Source: Gammaproteobacteria bacterium
GTDB lineage: Bacteria; Pseudomonadota; Gammaproteobacteria; UBA4575
NCBI GenBank assembly: GCA_022824965.1
Contig: JAJDYY010000008.1
Location: 449,482-513,481 of the forward strand
Direction: 5' to 3'
Length of the DNA: 64,000 nt
Numbering within the stretch: the stretch's first letter is position 1; each line of letters starts with the position of its first letter. The notes under the pieces were generated by a model. The model was not told where the DNA came from. It made no database searches and saw nothing but the letters and a program-made list of their open reading frames with translations. Below are positions 41,072 to 51,197 of the stretch, one piece after another. A program made the translations under genes and the position numbers.

Positions 41072-42193
41072 CTACAGTCTTGAAAACAGTTGCTCTGCCC
41101 GGGCCCGGGTGTCCTCGCCGGGCGGTGCAAGCACGCAAAAGTGCCCCATTTTCCGCCCCGGTCTCGCCTGCGTTTTACCATACAGATGCAGCTTGACACG
41201 GGGATCCTCCATGAGGTCACCCCAGCGAGGCTCTCCCGGCTCCCAAAGGTCCCCCAGCAGGTTCACCATGGTCACGGCACTGTGCGTGGCGGCACTGCCC
41301 AGAGACAGGCCGCAGACCGCTCGTACCTGCTGCTCGAACTGGGATGTATAACAGGCATCAATCGTGTAATGCCCGCTGTTATGCGTGCGCGGTGCCATCT
41401 CATTGAAATAGAGGTTATTGCCTGGGTCGACAAAATACTCGACGGCCAGCACACCGCAATAATCCAGATCCTCTGCAATTTTCCTTGCGTGGGATCTGGC
41501 CAGATCCTGGGTAGCTTCATCCACGCCTGCCGGAACCGTACTGGTGAACAGGATGCCGTGGCGGTGCAGGTTTTCGGCGATTCCGAAAAAACTTGTTTCA
41601 CCCGCTGAAGAGCGTGCCAGCACACAGGAAATTTCGGTCTGCAGATCAATCCTTTTCTCCAGAATACACTCTGCCCTGTCCAGGCCCTTCCACGCTTCCA
41701 CGGCCTGCTCGACACTGGACACGGAGACCTGGCCTTTGCCGTCATACCCGAAGCGATCGGTCTTGAGAATCAGGTCCGGCCCAATTTCCTCAAAGGCCTG
41801 CTGGATGTCCTGGTTGTTGCGCACAGGCTGGAAGGCCGTACAGGGGATGCCAAGGGAGCAGGCATACTGCTTTTCCCTGATCCGGCATTGCGCGGTACTT
41901 ACGGCATCCGGACTCGGATACACGCGGCACTCGTCCTGCAGGTATTGCAACACCTGTGCCGGCACATTTTCGAATTCCGTAGTGACGACAGCGCATTCCC
42001 GGGCCAGTTTGTCCAGGGCCTGCTCATCCGTGTACTCAGCCTGCAAATGCGAGTGGGCAATTTCTCCGGCCGGGCTGCTGGAACTGGGGTCCAGCACCAT
42101 CACGCGGTAACCCATGGCCGTTGCGGCATGGACAAACATGCGCCCGAGCTGGCCACCGCCCAGCATACCAAGTGTGGCACCTGGCAAAACCAT
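41072..42193 (-). CDS. purK: N5-carboxyaminoimidazole ribonucleotide synthase
   Basis: ATP-grasp PurK sequence (LGMLGGGQLGRM...) following purE. The ORF opens at 42250; the Met at 42193 overlaps the purE stop by 1 nt. Confidence 0.9.
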   Translation of the reverse strand: MVLPGATLGMLGGGQLGRMFVHAATAMGYRVMVLDPSSSSPAGEIAHSHLQAEYTDEQALDKLARECAVVTTEFENVPAQVLQYLQDECRVYPSPDAVSTAQCRIREKQYACSLGIPCTAFQPVRNNQDIQQAFEEIGPDLILKTDRFGYDGKGQVSVSSVEQAVEAWKGLDRAECILEKRIDLQTEISCVLARSSAGETSFFGIAENLHRHGILFTSTVPAGVDEATQDLARSHARKIAEDLDYCGVLAVEYFVDPGNNLYFNEMAPRTHNSGHYTIDACYTSQFEQQVRAVCGLSLGSAATHSAVTMVNLLGDLWEPGEPRWGDLMEDPRVKLHLYGKTQARPGRKMGHFCVLAPPGEDTRARAEQLFSRL

Positions 42194-42194
42194 T

Positions 42195-42683
42195 TCAGTC
42201 TGGCAGCCGGGCAGCCAGCACCTTGGAGGTCTGCTCTGCGCGAAACTCATCCAGCTTTGCTTTCAGGTCCTTGTCGCTATTGGCCAGAATGGAAACCGCA
42301 AAGAGCCCGGCATTGGCGGCACCAGCCTCCCCGATGGCAAACGTCGCAACGGGAATGCCCTTGGGCATCTGTACGATCGAATACAGCGAGTCCTGCCCGG
42401 AGAGGTGTTTGCCGGAAACAGGCACACCGAGAACAGGTACCGGAGTCATTGCAGCCACCATCCCGGGCAGGTGAGCGGCACCGCCTGCACCGGCAATAAT
42501 GCATCGAATACCGCGCGAAGATGCGGATTGCGAGAACTCTGCCATCAAGTCCGGGGTTCGGTGTGCAGAAATCACGCGCTTCTCGTACAATATGCCGAAC
42601 TGGTCCAAGATGTCTGCTGCTGCATGCATGACCGACCAGTCGCTACTGCTCCCCATGATCAGGCTTACTGTTGGATTGGCCAT
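42195..42683 (-). CDS. purE: N5-carboxyaminoimidazole ribonucleotide mutase
   Basis: PurE signature ([14 protein letters not shown]..., [19 protein letters not shown]). The ORF opens at 42725; the Met at 42683 matches the PurE N-terminus. Confidence 0.9.
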   Translation of the reverse strand: MANPTVSLIMGSSSDWSVMHAAADILDQFGILYEKRVISAHRTPDLMAEFSQSASSRGIRCIIAGAGGAAHLPGMVAAMTPVPVLGVPVSGKHLSGQDSLYSIVQMPKGIPVATFAIGEAGAANAGLFAVSILANSDKDLKAKLDEFRAEQTSKVLAARLPD

Positions 42684-42787
42684 TACGTCTGTTCCCCCGT
42701 GCGGATTATGGAAACAAACGCGCATTTTGGCTGAGACAGGTCAATAAAACCAGTATGCGCTGAACAATTGGCTGGCGAAATCCCGAA

Positions 42788-43672
42788 ATGTTGCTAGAAC
42801 CCGGATTGAAATCCCTGAAAAAAATATACCAGGGTAAAGTTCGAGACATTTACGAGGTCGATGACAGGCACTGGCTGATTGTTACCAGCGACCGCATCTC
42901 TGCCTTTGACGTGATTTTACCGGACCTGATCCCTGAAAAAGGGATTGCACTGACCACCGTGTCCAACTTCTGGTTCCACCGGTTTGCAAACCTGGTGAAC
43001 AACCACCTCAGTGATATCCCCCTTGAAGCCGTCATCAAGGACGAGCAGGAATTGGGGGTTCTTGCCGGGCGAAGCATCGTCGTACAAAAACTCAAGGCAC
43101 TGCCGTTTGAAGCCATCGTACGCGGCTACATCATCGGATCCGGCTGGAAGGAATACCAGCAGACCGGCAAGATCTGCGGGGTGCGCCTACCCGACAACCT
43201 GAATCTGGCACAACAGCTCGAGGAGCCCATCTTCACGCCATCGACCAAGGCCCGGGTGGGGGAGCATGACGTCAACGTCCCGTTCGACGAAGTGGTCAAT
43301 CTCGTCGGCAGGGACATTGCCGAGCATGTGCGTGATATCAGCCTCCGGATTTACCGCCGCGCGGCTGAATACGCCTTGCAACGCGGCATCATCGTTGCAG
43401 ACACGAAATTTGAATTTGGCCTGGATCAGGAGGGCAACGTCGTCCTGATGGACGAGGTGCTTACTTCGGACTCGTCGCGGTTCTGGCCCAGGGATTCCTA
43501 TGTCCCTGGCAAAAATCCGAAAAGCCTCGACAAGCAGTTTGTCCGTGACTATCTGGAGACGCTGGACTGGAACAAGCAAAAACCGGGGCCTAGGCTGCCC
43601 CAGGAAGTCATCGATAAGACCAGTGAAAAATACCGGGAAGCCTGCGAACAGTTGACCGGGATCAGGATCTGA
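42788..43672 (+). CDS. purC: Phosphoribosylaminoimidazole-succinocarboxamide synthase (long form)
   Basis: SAICAR synthetase motifs (YQGKVRDIYEVDD...LIVTSDRISAFDV, DTKFEFG) and 294 aa. Confidence 0.9.
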   Translation: MLLEPGLKSLKKIYQGKVRDIYEVDDRHWLIVTSDRISAFDVILPDLIPEKGIALTTVSNFWFHRFANLVNNHLSDIPLEAVIKDEQELGVLAGRSIVVQKLKALPFEAIVRGYIIGSGWKEYQQTGKICGVRLPDNLNLAQQLEEPIFTPSTKARVGEHDVNVPFDEVVNLVGRDIAEHVRDISLRIYRRAAEYALQRGIIVADTKFEFGLDQEGNVVLMDEVLTSDSSRFWPRDSYVPGKNPKSLDKQFVRDYLETLDWNKQKPGPRLPQEVIDKTSEKYREACEQLTGIRI

Positions 43673-43685
43673 TCATCCCTTCATC

Positions 43686-44372
43686 ATGATCCCGCGCAAA
43701 GGAATTTTCATCACGGGCACCGACACCGACGCCGGCAAGACCTACGTTGGCACGCAGATCGTGGCCTTGCTGCACGAGGAAAACATCAATGCCGTACCCC
43801 GCAAACCCATCGAATCCGGATGCAAGCGCGTAGACGATGAACTGGTACCCCAGGATGCGTACCAGTACTACGAGGCCGCCAACCGGAAATTCGCACTTTC
43901 AGAGGTCTGCCCTTTCCGCTTTGAGCCGGCGATCTCGCCGCAACGCGCAGCACGCCTGGCCCAGCAACCCGCCTACACAGAAGAGGTCTATGCAAAATGC
44001 ATCCAGGGAACCGGGCGTGACGATTTCCTGGTGGTCGAAGGCGCAGGAGGATTCTACTCGCCGCTCTGTGAAGATGGCATGAATTCAGGCCTGGCCAAAA
44101 GACTCGGCCTGCCGGTCTTGCTGGTGGCAAATGACAAGCTTGGCTGCATCAACCACGTCTTGCTGACGATCGAGGCAATTCACTCCCACGGGCTGTCCGT
44201 GTGTGCGGTGGTCCTGAGCCAAAGTAGTGCGTGTGAAACGCCCGCAATGAACAACGGCGAAGACCTGGGCCTGCTGCTTGAGGCACCGGTGTTCACGATT
44301 TCTCACCGGGAGGTGCTGCAAAAGGCCGCCCGCAAGGCTGCCTTGATCCTACAGGCGATCAAGGGTCGCTGA
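43686..44372 (+). CDS. bioD: Dethiobiotin synthetase-like ATP-dependent ligase, stand-alone
   Basis: BioD motifs (FITGTDTDAGKT P-loop, KPIESG, VVEGAGGFYSP, LGCINHVLLT) and 228 aa. No other bio genes are adjacent. Confidence 0.7.
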   Translation: MIPRKGIFITGTDTDAGKTYVGTQIVALLHEENINAVPRKPIESGCKRVDDELVPQDAYQYYEAANRKFALSEVCPFRFEPAISPQRAARLAQQPAYTEEVYAKCIQGTGRDDFLVVEGAGGFYSPLCEDGMNSGLAKRLGLPVLLVANDKLGCINHVLLTIEAIHSHGLSVCAVVLSQSSACETPAMNNGEDLGLLLEAPVFTISHREVLQKAARKAALILQAIKGR

Positions 44373-44424
44373 AAAGGGGCCTGGGATCCTTGCCCGCGAG
44401 CCCCTGATTCCCAGTCAACCCTGC

Positions 44425-45723
44425 CTACATGTTGTAGCCGGCTTCCTCGTGCTGGGTGATGTCCAGGCCTTCCGTTTCCTGCTGGTCATCAACACGCAGC
44501 CCGGTAATGACCCTGACGATCTGCAGGATGACAAAGGTCGCAACCGCCGTCCATACCAGCACGGCGAGAATGCCCTGAAGCTGGACCCACAGCTGCTGAC
44601 CCATGGTCACGCCCTCTGCCAGGCCCGCCCCTCCGAATTGCTCAGCCACCAGGATGCCACAGAGAAACGTGCCCAGTATCCCGCCGATTCCATGCACCGG
44701 GAACACATCCAGCGAGTCGTCAATTTGCAGGACGCGCTTGATGTAGTTGGTTGCTGCAAAGCAGACGAAACCGGCCACTGCGCCAATGATGAGTGCTCCC
44801 ATCGGGCCGACGAAACCGGAGGCCGGCGTGATGCTTCCAAGACCTGCCACCATACCCGTTACGATGCCCAGTACGCTGGGCTTGCCGTAGCGAATCCATT
44901 CCGCGAACATCCAGACCAAAGATGCCGTGGCAGCACTGAGATGCGTGACCAGCATGGCCATTCCTGCATCCTGGTTGGCAGCCACCGCGCTTCCGGCGTT
45001 GAAACCGAACCATCCGACCCACAGCATCCCGGCACCGGTCACGGACATGGTGAGGTTATGCGGCGGCATGGCCGTCCTTGGAAACCCTCTCCTTTTGCCA
45101 AGCACCATGGCGGCAATGATCGCACCCGTTCCTGCCGTCAAGTGCACGACCAGCCCGCCCGCAAAATCCAGGATGCCTTTCTCGCCGAGCCAGCCACCTC
45201 CCCATACCCAGTGACAGACCGGAAGATAGACTGCCAGCAGCCACAATGTCGTAAACCACAGCATGGAAGAGAACTTCATGCGCTCTGCAAAACCACCGAC
45301 GACAAGCGCAGGGGTAATGATGGCAAAGGTCAACTGAAACATGACGAACACGGTTTCCGGGATGGTGCCGCTCATTGAGTCCCGGGTGACCTCCGACAGG
45401 AATGCGTTGGCCAGTCCTCCCAGCCAGTTGTTCAGACTGCCGCCGTCACTGAACGCCAGGCTGTAACCGAACACCAGCCACAAAAGGGAGACCAGGCAGG
45501 TAATCGAAAAACACTGCATCAGCACCGACAACACATTCTTGCTGCGCACCAGGCCTGCATAAAACAGTGACAATCCAGGAATGGTCATGAACAGCACCAG
45601 TGCAGTGGAAGTCAGTATCCAGGCAGTATCTCCGGTATCCAGGGCGGACTCGGCCAGTACGGCAGACGGAAGCGCACAAATCAAGATGGCGAAAAGATAT
45701 AAGCTTTTATGTATGGTTCTCAT
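44425..45723 (-). CDS. amtB: Ammonium transporter
   Basis: Amt/MEP family sequence (signal peptide, DTAWILTSTALVLFMTIPGLSLFYAG..., eleven-helix profile) immediately downstream of glnK. The ORF opens at 45768 and would overlap glnK; the Met at 45723 is the likely start. Confidence 0.85.
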   Translation of the reverse strand: MRTIHKSLYLFAILICALPSAVLAESALDTGDTAWILTSTALVLFMTIPGLSLFYAGLVRSKNVLSVLMQCFSITCLVSLLWLVFGYSLAFSDGGSLNNWLGGLANAFLSEVTRDSMSGTIPETVFVMFQLTFAIITPALVVGGFAERMKFSSMLWFTTLWLLAVYLPVCHWVWGGGWLGEKGILDFAGGLVVHLTAGTGAIIAAMVLGKRRGFPRTAMPPHNLTMSVTGAGMLWVGWFGFNAGSAVAANQDAGMAMLVTHLSAATASLVWMFAEWIRYGKPSVLGIVTGMVAGLGSITPASGFVGPMGALIIGAVAGFVCFAATNYIKRVLQIDDSLDVFPVHGIGGILGTFLCGILVAEQFGGAGLAEGVTMGQQLWVQLQGILAVLVWTAVATFVILQIVRVITGLRVDDQQETEGLDITQHEEAGYNM

Positions 45724-45742
45724 AGGTTGTCCCCGGTAGCTC

Positions 45743-46093
<351 letters not shown>

Positions 46094-46263
46094 TCACGTA
46101 GGTGGTTTCTACAATACACGTATAACTCGTTGTTGCATTTATCAAGCGATTGAACTGACTACCCGCTCCTGATCACAAGAAATTATAGGTAAATTAATAC
46201 ACTGGCGCACTCATGCAGCATGGCACGCATGCGTCATCGGCTGGTCGTGCACTGCACCGCCGT

Positions 46264-47289
46264 CTAGACTGCCTGTTTTTCCATGGCATCCGAGTACTTT
46301 CCGAGTGCTGCCGAACCGTTGCACCGGGCACGCCACAGCAGGGCCTGCTGGGCTTTTTCCACATTGGCGCTGTCACCTTTCCAGACTTGCATCGCCGTCT
46401 GCTGCAGGGCACGCCCATAGGAAAAAGTCAAGGCCCAGGGCCTGGTGCGTTCCGACAAATTGATCGCGTTGAGGTGCTGGCTGGCTTCCTGGTCGGTTTG
46501 CCCGCCCGACAGAAAAGCGATACCGGGTACCGCCGCAGGCACCGTGTTCTGCAAACAACGCACCGTCTGTTCCGCAACCGTTTTCACATCGGCTCGGGCA
46601 CTGTCAGACGAACCCGAAATCACCATGCTGGGCTTGAGCACTATCCCTTCCAGCGCAACCCCCTGATTCTTGAGCTGGTAGAAGACCACCCGCTGGGTGA
46701 GCTCGGTGACATCGTAGCAGCGAGCGATAGAATGATCCCCGTCCATGAGCACTTCCGGTTCCACGATGGGAACCAGCCCCGCCTCCTGGCTTATGCGCGC
46801 ATAGCGGGCCAGAGCATGGGCGTTGGCCTCGATGCAGGCCCAGCTGGGAAGCCCCTCTCCGATCGTGATGACCGCGCGCCACTTGGAAAACCGTGCACCC
46901 ATCTCATAGTACTCGGCACAGCGCTCGGCCAGCCCGTCCAGCCCATGAGTGACCTTCTCGTTCTCGGACCCGGCCAGAGGCTTCGCGCCGCCATCCACCT
47001 TGATGCCCGGGATAATGCCGAGATTCGACAGGTGGTCAGCGAACGGGGCTCCATCCAAGGTTTTCTGGCGGATGGTCTCATCGAATAAAATTGCACCGCT
47101 GACATAGTCGGACAGACCGGGTGCGGTGACCAGCATATCCCGGTAGGCCTGGCGCATCGGTTCCGTGGTGGGGATGCCAAGCTTTTCAAAGCGCTTGTTG
47201 CAGGTTGGATGGCTTTCATCCATCGCAAGAATCCCGCGCCCGGGTGCCACCATGGCATGGGCGATCTTGTTCAGTTCCTCGATATTCAT
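46264..47289 (-). CDS. fba: Fructose-bisphosphate aldolase, class I (Schiff-base type)
   Basis: Class I FBA signature (GRGILAMDESHPTCNKRFEKLG..., ILFDETIRQ, PGIKVDGGAKPLAG, THGLDGLAERC..., FSKWRAV with the Schiff-base Lys context). The ORF opens at 47358; the Met at 47289 matches class I N-termini. Confidence 0.85.
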   Translation of the reverse strand: MNIEELNKIAHAMVAPGRGILAMDESHPTCNKRFEKLGIPTTEPMRQAYRDMLVTAPGLSDYVSGAILFDETIRQKTLDGAPFADHLSNLGIIPGIKVDGGAKPLAGSENEKVTHGLDGLAERCAEYYEMGARFSKWRAVITIGEGLPSWACIEANAHALARYARISQEAGLVPIVEPEVLMDGDHSIARCYDVTELTQRVVFYQLKNQGVALEGIVLKPSMVISGSSDSARADVKTVAEQTVRCLQNTVPAAVPGIAFLSGGQTDQEASQHLNAINLSERTRPWALTFSYGRALQQTAMQVWKGDSANVEKAQQALLWRARCNGSAALGKYSDAMEKQAV

Positions 47290-47361
47290 ACGGTTTCTCC
47301 TCATACGGGTCACAAAACTTGGAACCGGCGGGCAGGTTCGCAAGCCCGCCGATGCCAACCA

Positions 47362-48840
47362 TCATTCCGGTTCTATCAGATGTCCGACACGAACGATTTT
47401 CAGCGCATTCGTACCCCCGTCCACCCCGATCAAATCGCCCTTGGTAATGATAACCAGGTCGTTTTCCTGCACAACCCCGCAGCGGAGCAACACATCGATT
47501 GCATTCTTGTTGACCTCCGCATGGGAGCGGCTGAGGATTTCCATGGGGGCCGGATAGACCCCTTTGTACAAGGTCACCCTTCGCAGGGTTTTCTCATGCT
47601 GTGTCAATGCATAAATGGGAATTTCCGAGCTGATCCGGGACATCCAGAGAGCTGTGGAACCCGATTCTGTCAGTGCGGCAATGGCGGTCACGTTCAAATA
47701 GTTTGCGGTGTACATCGCCGACATGGCAATGGCCTCGTCGACCCTTTCAAATCTTGAATACATGCGATGATCCGATACCGTATTCAAGATCCGCCGCTCC
47801 GAGGCAAGGCAGGTGCGATGCATGGCCTTGACGGACTGAACGGGATACTTGCCCACCGCGGTCTCGCCTGAAAGCATCACCGCATCGGTTCCGTCCAGCA
47901 CGGCATTGGCCACATCCGAGACTTCCGCGCGGGTCGGGATCGGACTGAAGGTCATCGACTCCATCATCTGCGTGGCCGTGATCGCAATGCGGTTTTTGGC
48001 ATGCGCCTGGTCAATCAGCGACGCCTGCACACCGGGGACTTCCGCATCGCCGATCTCGACACCGAGGTCCCCCCGGCCGATCATGATCGCGTCACACTCA
48101 TCCAGGATTTCATCAATGGCATCCAGCGCTTCGGTGCGCTCGATCTTGGCAATGATTCCGCCGCGACCACCGGCCTCCTCGAACAGCCTTCTTGCCTGTC
48201 GGACATCTTCCGCCGAGCGGGGGAACGAAACGGCCAGATAGTCGATGTCCAGCTTCACGGCATCACGAATGTCCTGCCGGTCCTTGTCGGTCAGCGTGGC
48301 AACGGCCAACCCTCCTCCCTGGCGGTTGATGCCCTTGCTGCTCAGCAACTCCCCTCCCATCACGACTTCACTATGGATCCTGCCCTCGGCCACGTCGGTG
48401 ACCTTGAGCACGATCCTTCCGTCATCGATCAACAGGCTGTCGCCTGCGCTCACATCATCCGCCAACCCCGGGTACGTGGCGCCGACCATCGTCTCGTCAC
48501 CCTGGTCGAGAGGCAGGTTCGTATCGATACAGAATGCCTGCCCGGTATCCAGGTGAACCCGCTTGTCCTTGAATGCCCCGATTCTGATTTTTGCGCCCTG
48601 GAGGTCCCCCAGCACCCCCACCTCGTGGTGTTTTTCCTTGCTCAGCCTGCGCAGGGTATCAATGCGCCATCGATTCTCCTTGTAGGAGCTGTGTGAGAAA
48701 TTCAGACGTACCAGGTCGATGCCGACATCGATCAGGCCGGCCATGACCTGCTCACTGTCCGTGGCAGGGCCAAGGGTTGCGATAATCTTGGTATGCCGGA
48801 AAATCGTTTTCCTGTCCCGGACTCCAGTATTTGACTCCAT
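47362..48840 (-). CDS. pyk: Pyruvate kinase
   Basis: PK family motifs (TKIIATLGPAT, MVARGDLGVEI-type IGRGDLGVEIG...). The ORF opens at 48900; the Met at 48840 is the likely start. Confidence 0.9.
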   Translation of the reverse strand: MESNTGVRDRKTIFRHTKIIATLGPATDSEQVMAGLIDVGIDLVRLNFSHSSYKENRWRIDTLRRLSKEKHHEVGVLGDLQGAKIRIGAFKDKRVHLDTGQAFCIDTNLPLDQGDETMVGATYPGLADDVSAGDSLLIDDGRIVLKVTDVAEGRIHSEVVMGGELLSSKGINRQGGGLAVATLTDKDRQDIRDAVKLDIDYLAVSFPRSAEDVRQARRLFEEAGGRGGIIAKIERTEALDAIDEILDECDAIMIGRGDLGVEIGDAEVPGVQASLIDQAHAKNRIAITATQMMESMTFSPIPTRAEVSDVANAVLDGTDAVMLSGETAVGKYPVQSVKAMHRTCLASERRILNTVSDHRMYSRFERVDEAIAMSAMYTANYLNVTAIAALTESGSTALWMSRISSEIPIYALTQHEKTLRRVTLYKGVYPAPMEILSRSHAEVNKNAIDVLLRCGVVQENDLVIITKGDLIGVDGGTNALKIVRVGHLIEPE

Positions 48841-48927
48841 GTCAGTTTCCGGTATCGGGTCGTGCTGTACGGGGCAGCGCGCATGGGCCATTCTGGCCAA
48901 TGGTTATGCTGCGGGTGATTTTACGCA

Positions 48928-50100
48928 TTAGCGATTTGCTCTTTGCTCTAAAATGCCAACGGCGGGCAGGACCTTCCCTTCCAGATATTCAAGAAACGCA
49001 CCGCCTCCGGTGGAGATGTACGAAATTTGATCTCCCAGATCATACAGATCGATTGCGGCCAGCGTATCACCGCCTCCTGCGATTGAGAACGCCTGGCTCT
49101 CGGCAATGGCCCTGGCTATAACCTCCGTGCCCTGCGAAAAGGCTTCAAGCTCAAAAACTCCGACCGGGCCATTCCATATGATTGTACCTGCATTGGACAG
49201 ACAGGATGCCAGTCTTTTTGACGAGTCGGGGCCAAAGTCCAGAATCATGTCCTGCGGGCCAACCTCATCTACCTGCTTTGTCGTGGCCGTCGCAGCTTCA
49301 GACACTTCGATGGCGCAAGCGACATCGGTTGGCAGCGGAATCTTCATTTCCCGACGACGGCCCTCCGCCAGTAGATCCCTGGCGATGCCCACCTGGTCTT
49401 TCTCATACAGGGAATTTCCAACCGGCTTCCCCGCCGCGGCCAGGAATGTGTTGGCGATTCCCCCGCCCACGATCAGCTGATCCACTTTGTCGAGCAGCGA
49501 TTCCAGGATTTTCAGCTTCGTTGAAACTTTTGAGCCTCCCACAATTGCGACCAGTGGCCTGTCCGGCCCGGCCAGGGACTTGTCCAGCGCACGCAACTCC
49601 TTCTCCAGCAGCGGACCCGCACAGGCGACGGGAGCGTACTTGGCAACACCATGGGTTGAAGCCTGGGCACGGTGGGCGGTCCCAAATGCATCCATGACGT
49701 AGACATCGCACAAACCCGCGATCTTTCGTGCGAGCCGTTCATCATTGCTGAGCTCACCGGCCTGGAATCGCACGTTTTCACACAGTGTGACCTGGCCAGC
49801 TTCCGCCTCGATGCCATCCAGCCAGTCTTTCTCGAAATTGACTTCAAGGCCGCAGTGCGCCTCAAGATACTCTGCAACCGGCAGTAGCGAGAAATCCTTG
49901 TCGTAGCGCCCCTCCTCAGGGCGCCCCCTGTGAGAGAGCAGGATGACCTTCGCACCTTGTTCCATGGCCAGACGTATGGTGGGCAGGGCCGCTTCGATCC
50001 GCGCGGCGCTGGTGACCTGCCCGTTTTTCACGGGCACATTCAGGTCCTCACGGATCAGCACACGGCGACCCGCGAGATCAAGGTCGGTCATGCTTAGCAC
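48928..50100 (-). CDS. pgk: Phosphoglycerate kinase
   Basis: Pgk signature ([12 protein letters not shown]..., [26 protein letters not shown]) and 390 aa. Confidence 0.95.
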   Translation of the reverse strand: MLSMTDLDLAGRRVLIREDLNVPVKNGQVTSAARIEAALPTIRLAMEQGAKVILLSHRGRPEEGRYDKDFSLLPVAEYLEAHCGLEVNFEKDWLDGIEAEAGQVTLCENVRFQAGELSNDERLARKIAGLCDVYVMDAFGTAHRAQASTHGVAKYAPVACAGPLLEKELRALDKSLAGPDRPLVAIVGGSKVSTKLKILESLLDKVDQLIVGGGIANTFLAAAGKPVGNSLYEKDQVGIARDLLAEGRRREMKIPLPTDVACAIEVSEAATATTKQVDEVGPQDMILDFGPDSSKRLASCLSNAGTIIWNGPVGVFELEAFSQGTEVIARAIAESQAFSIAGGGDTLAAIDLYDLGDQISYISTGGGAFLEYLEGKVLPAVGILEQRANR

Positions 50101-50158
50101 GGGCGGGACCCGGTGGTTGGCCTGGGCGGCGCTGAGTGGTGGCCGCCGGGCTGGCTTG

Positions 50159-51163
50159 TCACTTGGCGCTCATCAGAGCAAGTGTCGTATCCAGCATGCG
50201 GTTGGAAAAGCCCCACTCGTTGTCGTACCAGGAACAGACCTTCACATTGCGCCCGCCCATCACCTTGGTCAGGGATGCATCGAAGTTGGAGGAGTGGGCG
50301 TCATGGTTGAAGTCGACGGACACCAGCGGCGCATCCACGTACCCCAGCACCTTGTCGTCGGCGGCTTCCCGCATGACGGAATTGATTTCATCAACACTGG
50401 TTTCCCGGGCAGCCAGGAACGTCAGGTCCACCAGCGAAACATTGATGGTCGGAACACGGATGGCAAAGCCGTCAAGCTTGCCGTTCAGTTCGGGCAACAC
50501 CAGACCCACAGCAGAGGCAGCGCCGGTTTTTGTGGGAATCATCGACATGGTTGCCGAGCGCGCACGCCGCAGGTCGGTATGGTAGATGTCTGTCAGCACC
50601 TGGTCATTGGTGTAGGCATGCACCGTGGTCATGACTCCATTTTCGACACCGATCTTCTCATGTAACGGCTTCACCATCGGTGCCAGACAATTGGTGGTGC
50701 ACGAAGCGTTGGAAATCACCGTGTCCTTGGCGCTCAGTATGTCGTGATTGACACCGTACACGATCGTGGCATCCACATCCGAGCCCCCTGGCGCAGAAAT
50801 AATGACCTTTTTTGCCCCGGCTTTTAAATGGCCTGATGCCTTCTCCTTGCTGGCAAAAAAGCCCGTACTCTCATGCACGACATCGATATCCAGGTCGCCC
50901 CAGGGGAGCCGGCTCGGATCCCGCTCGGCACATACTCGGATGCGGTCTCCATTGATGACCATGTACTCGCCATCAACCTCGATCGTGCCATTGAACCTTC
51001 CATGCGCGGTGTCAAATCGGGTCAGGTGTGCATTGGTGTTCGCATCACCCAGGTCATTGATGGCAACCACCTGAATTTCCGAGTTGCGGCCCGACTCATA
51101 CAGTGCCCGCATGATATTCCTTCCGATTCTCCCGTAACCATTAATCGCAAGTCTTATAGTCAT
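50159..51163 (-). CDS. gap: Glyceraldehyde-3-phosphate dehydrogenase
   Basis: GAPDH signature ([20 protein letters not shown] with the active-site Cys). The ORF opens at 51253; the Met at 51163 (MTIRLAING) is the likely start. Confidence 0.95.
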   Translation of the reverse strand: MTIRLAINGYGRIGRNIMRALYESGRNSEIQVVAINDLGDANTNAHLTRFDTAHGRFNGTIEVDGEYMVINGDRIRVCAERDPSRLPWGDLDIDVVHESTGFFASKEKASGHLKAGAKKVIISAPGGSDVDATIVYGVNHDILSAKDTVISNASCTTNCLAPMVKPLHEKIGVENGVMTTVHAYTNDQVLTDIYHTDLRRARSATMSMIPTKTGAASAVGLVLPELNGKLDGFAIRVPTINVSLVDLTFLAARETSVDEINSVMREAADDKVLGYVDAPLVSVDFNHDAHSSNFDASLTKVMGGRNVKVCSWYDNEWGFSNRMLDTTLALMSAK

Positions 51164-51197
51164 CACATTCTCCATACTTATCTCGAAAACAAAGCAT

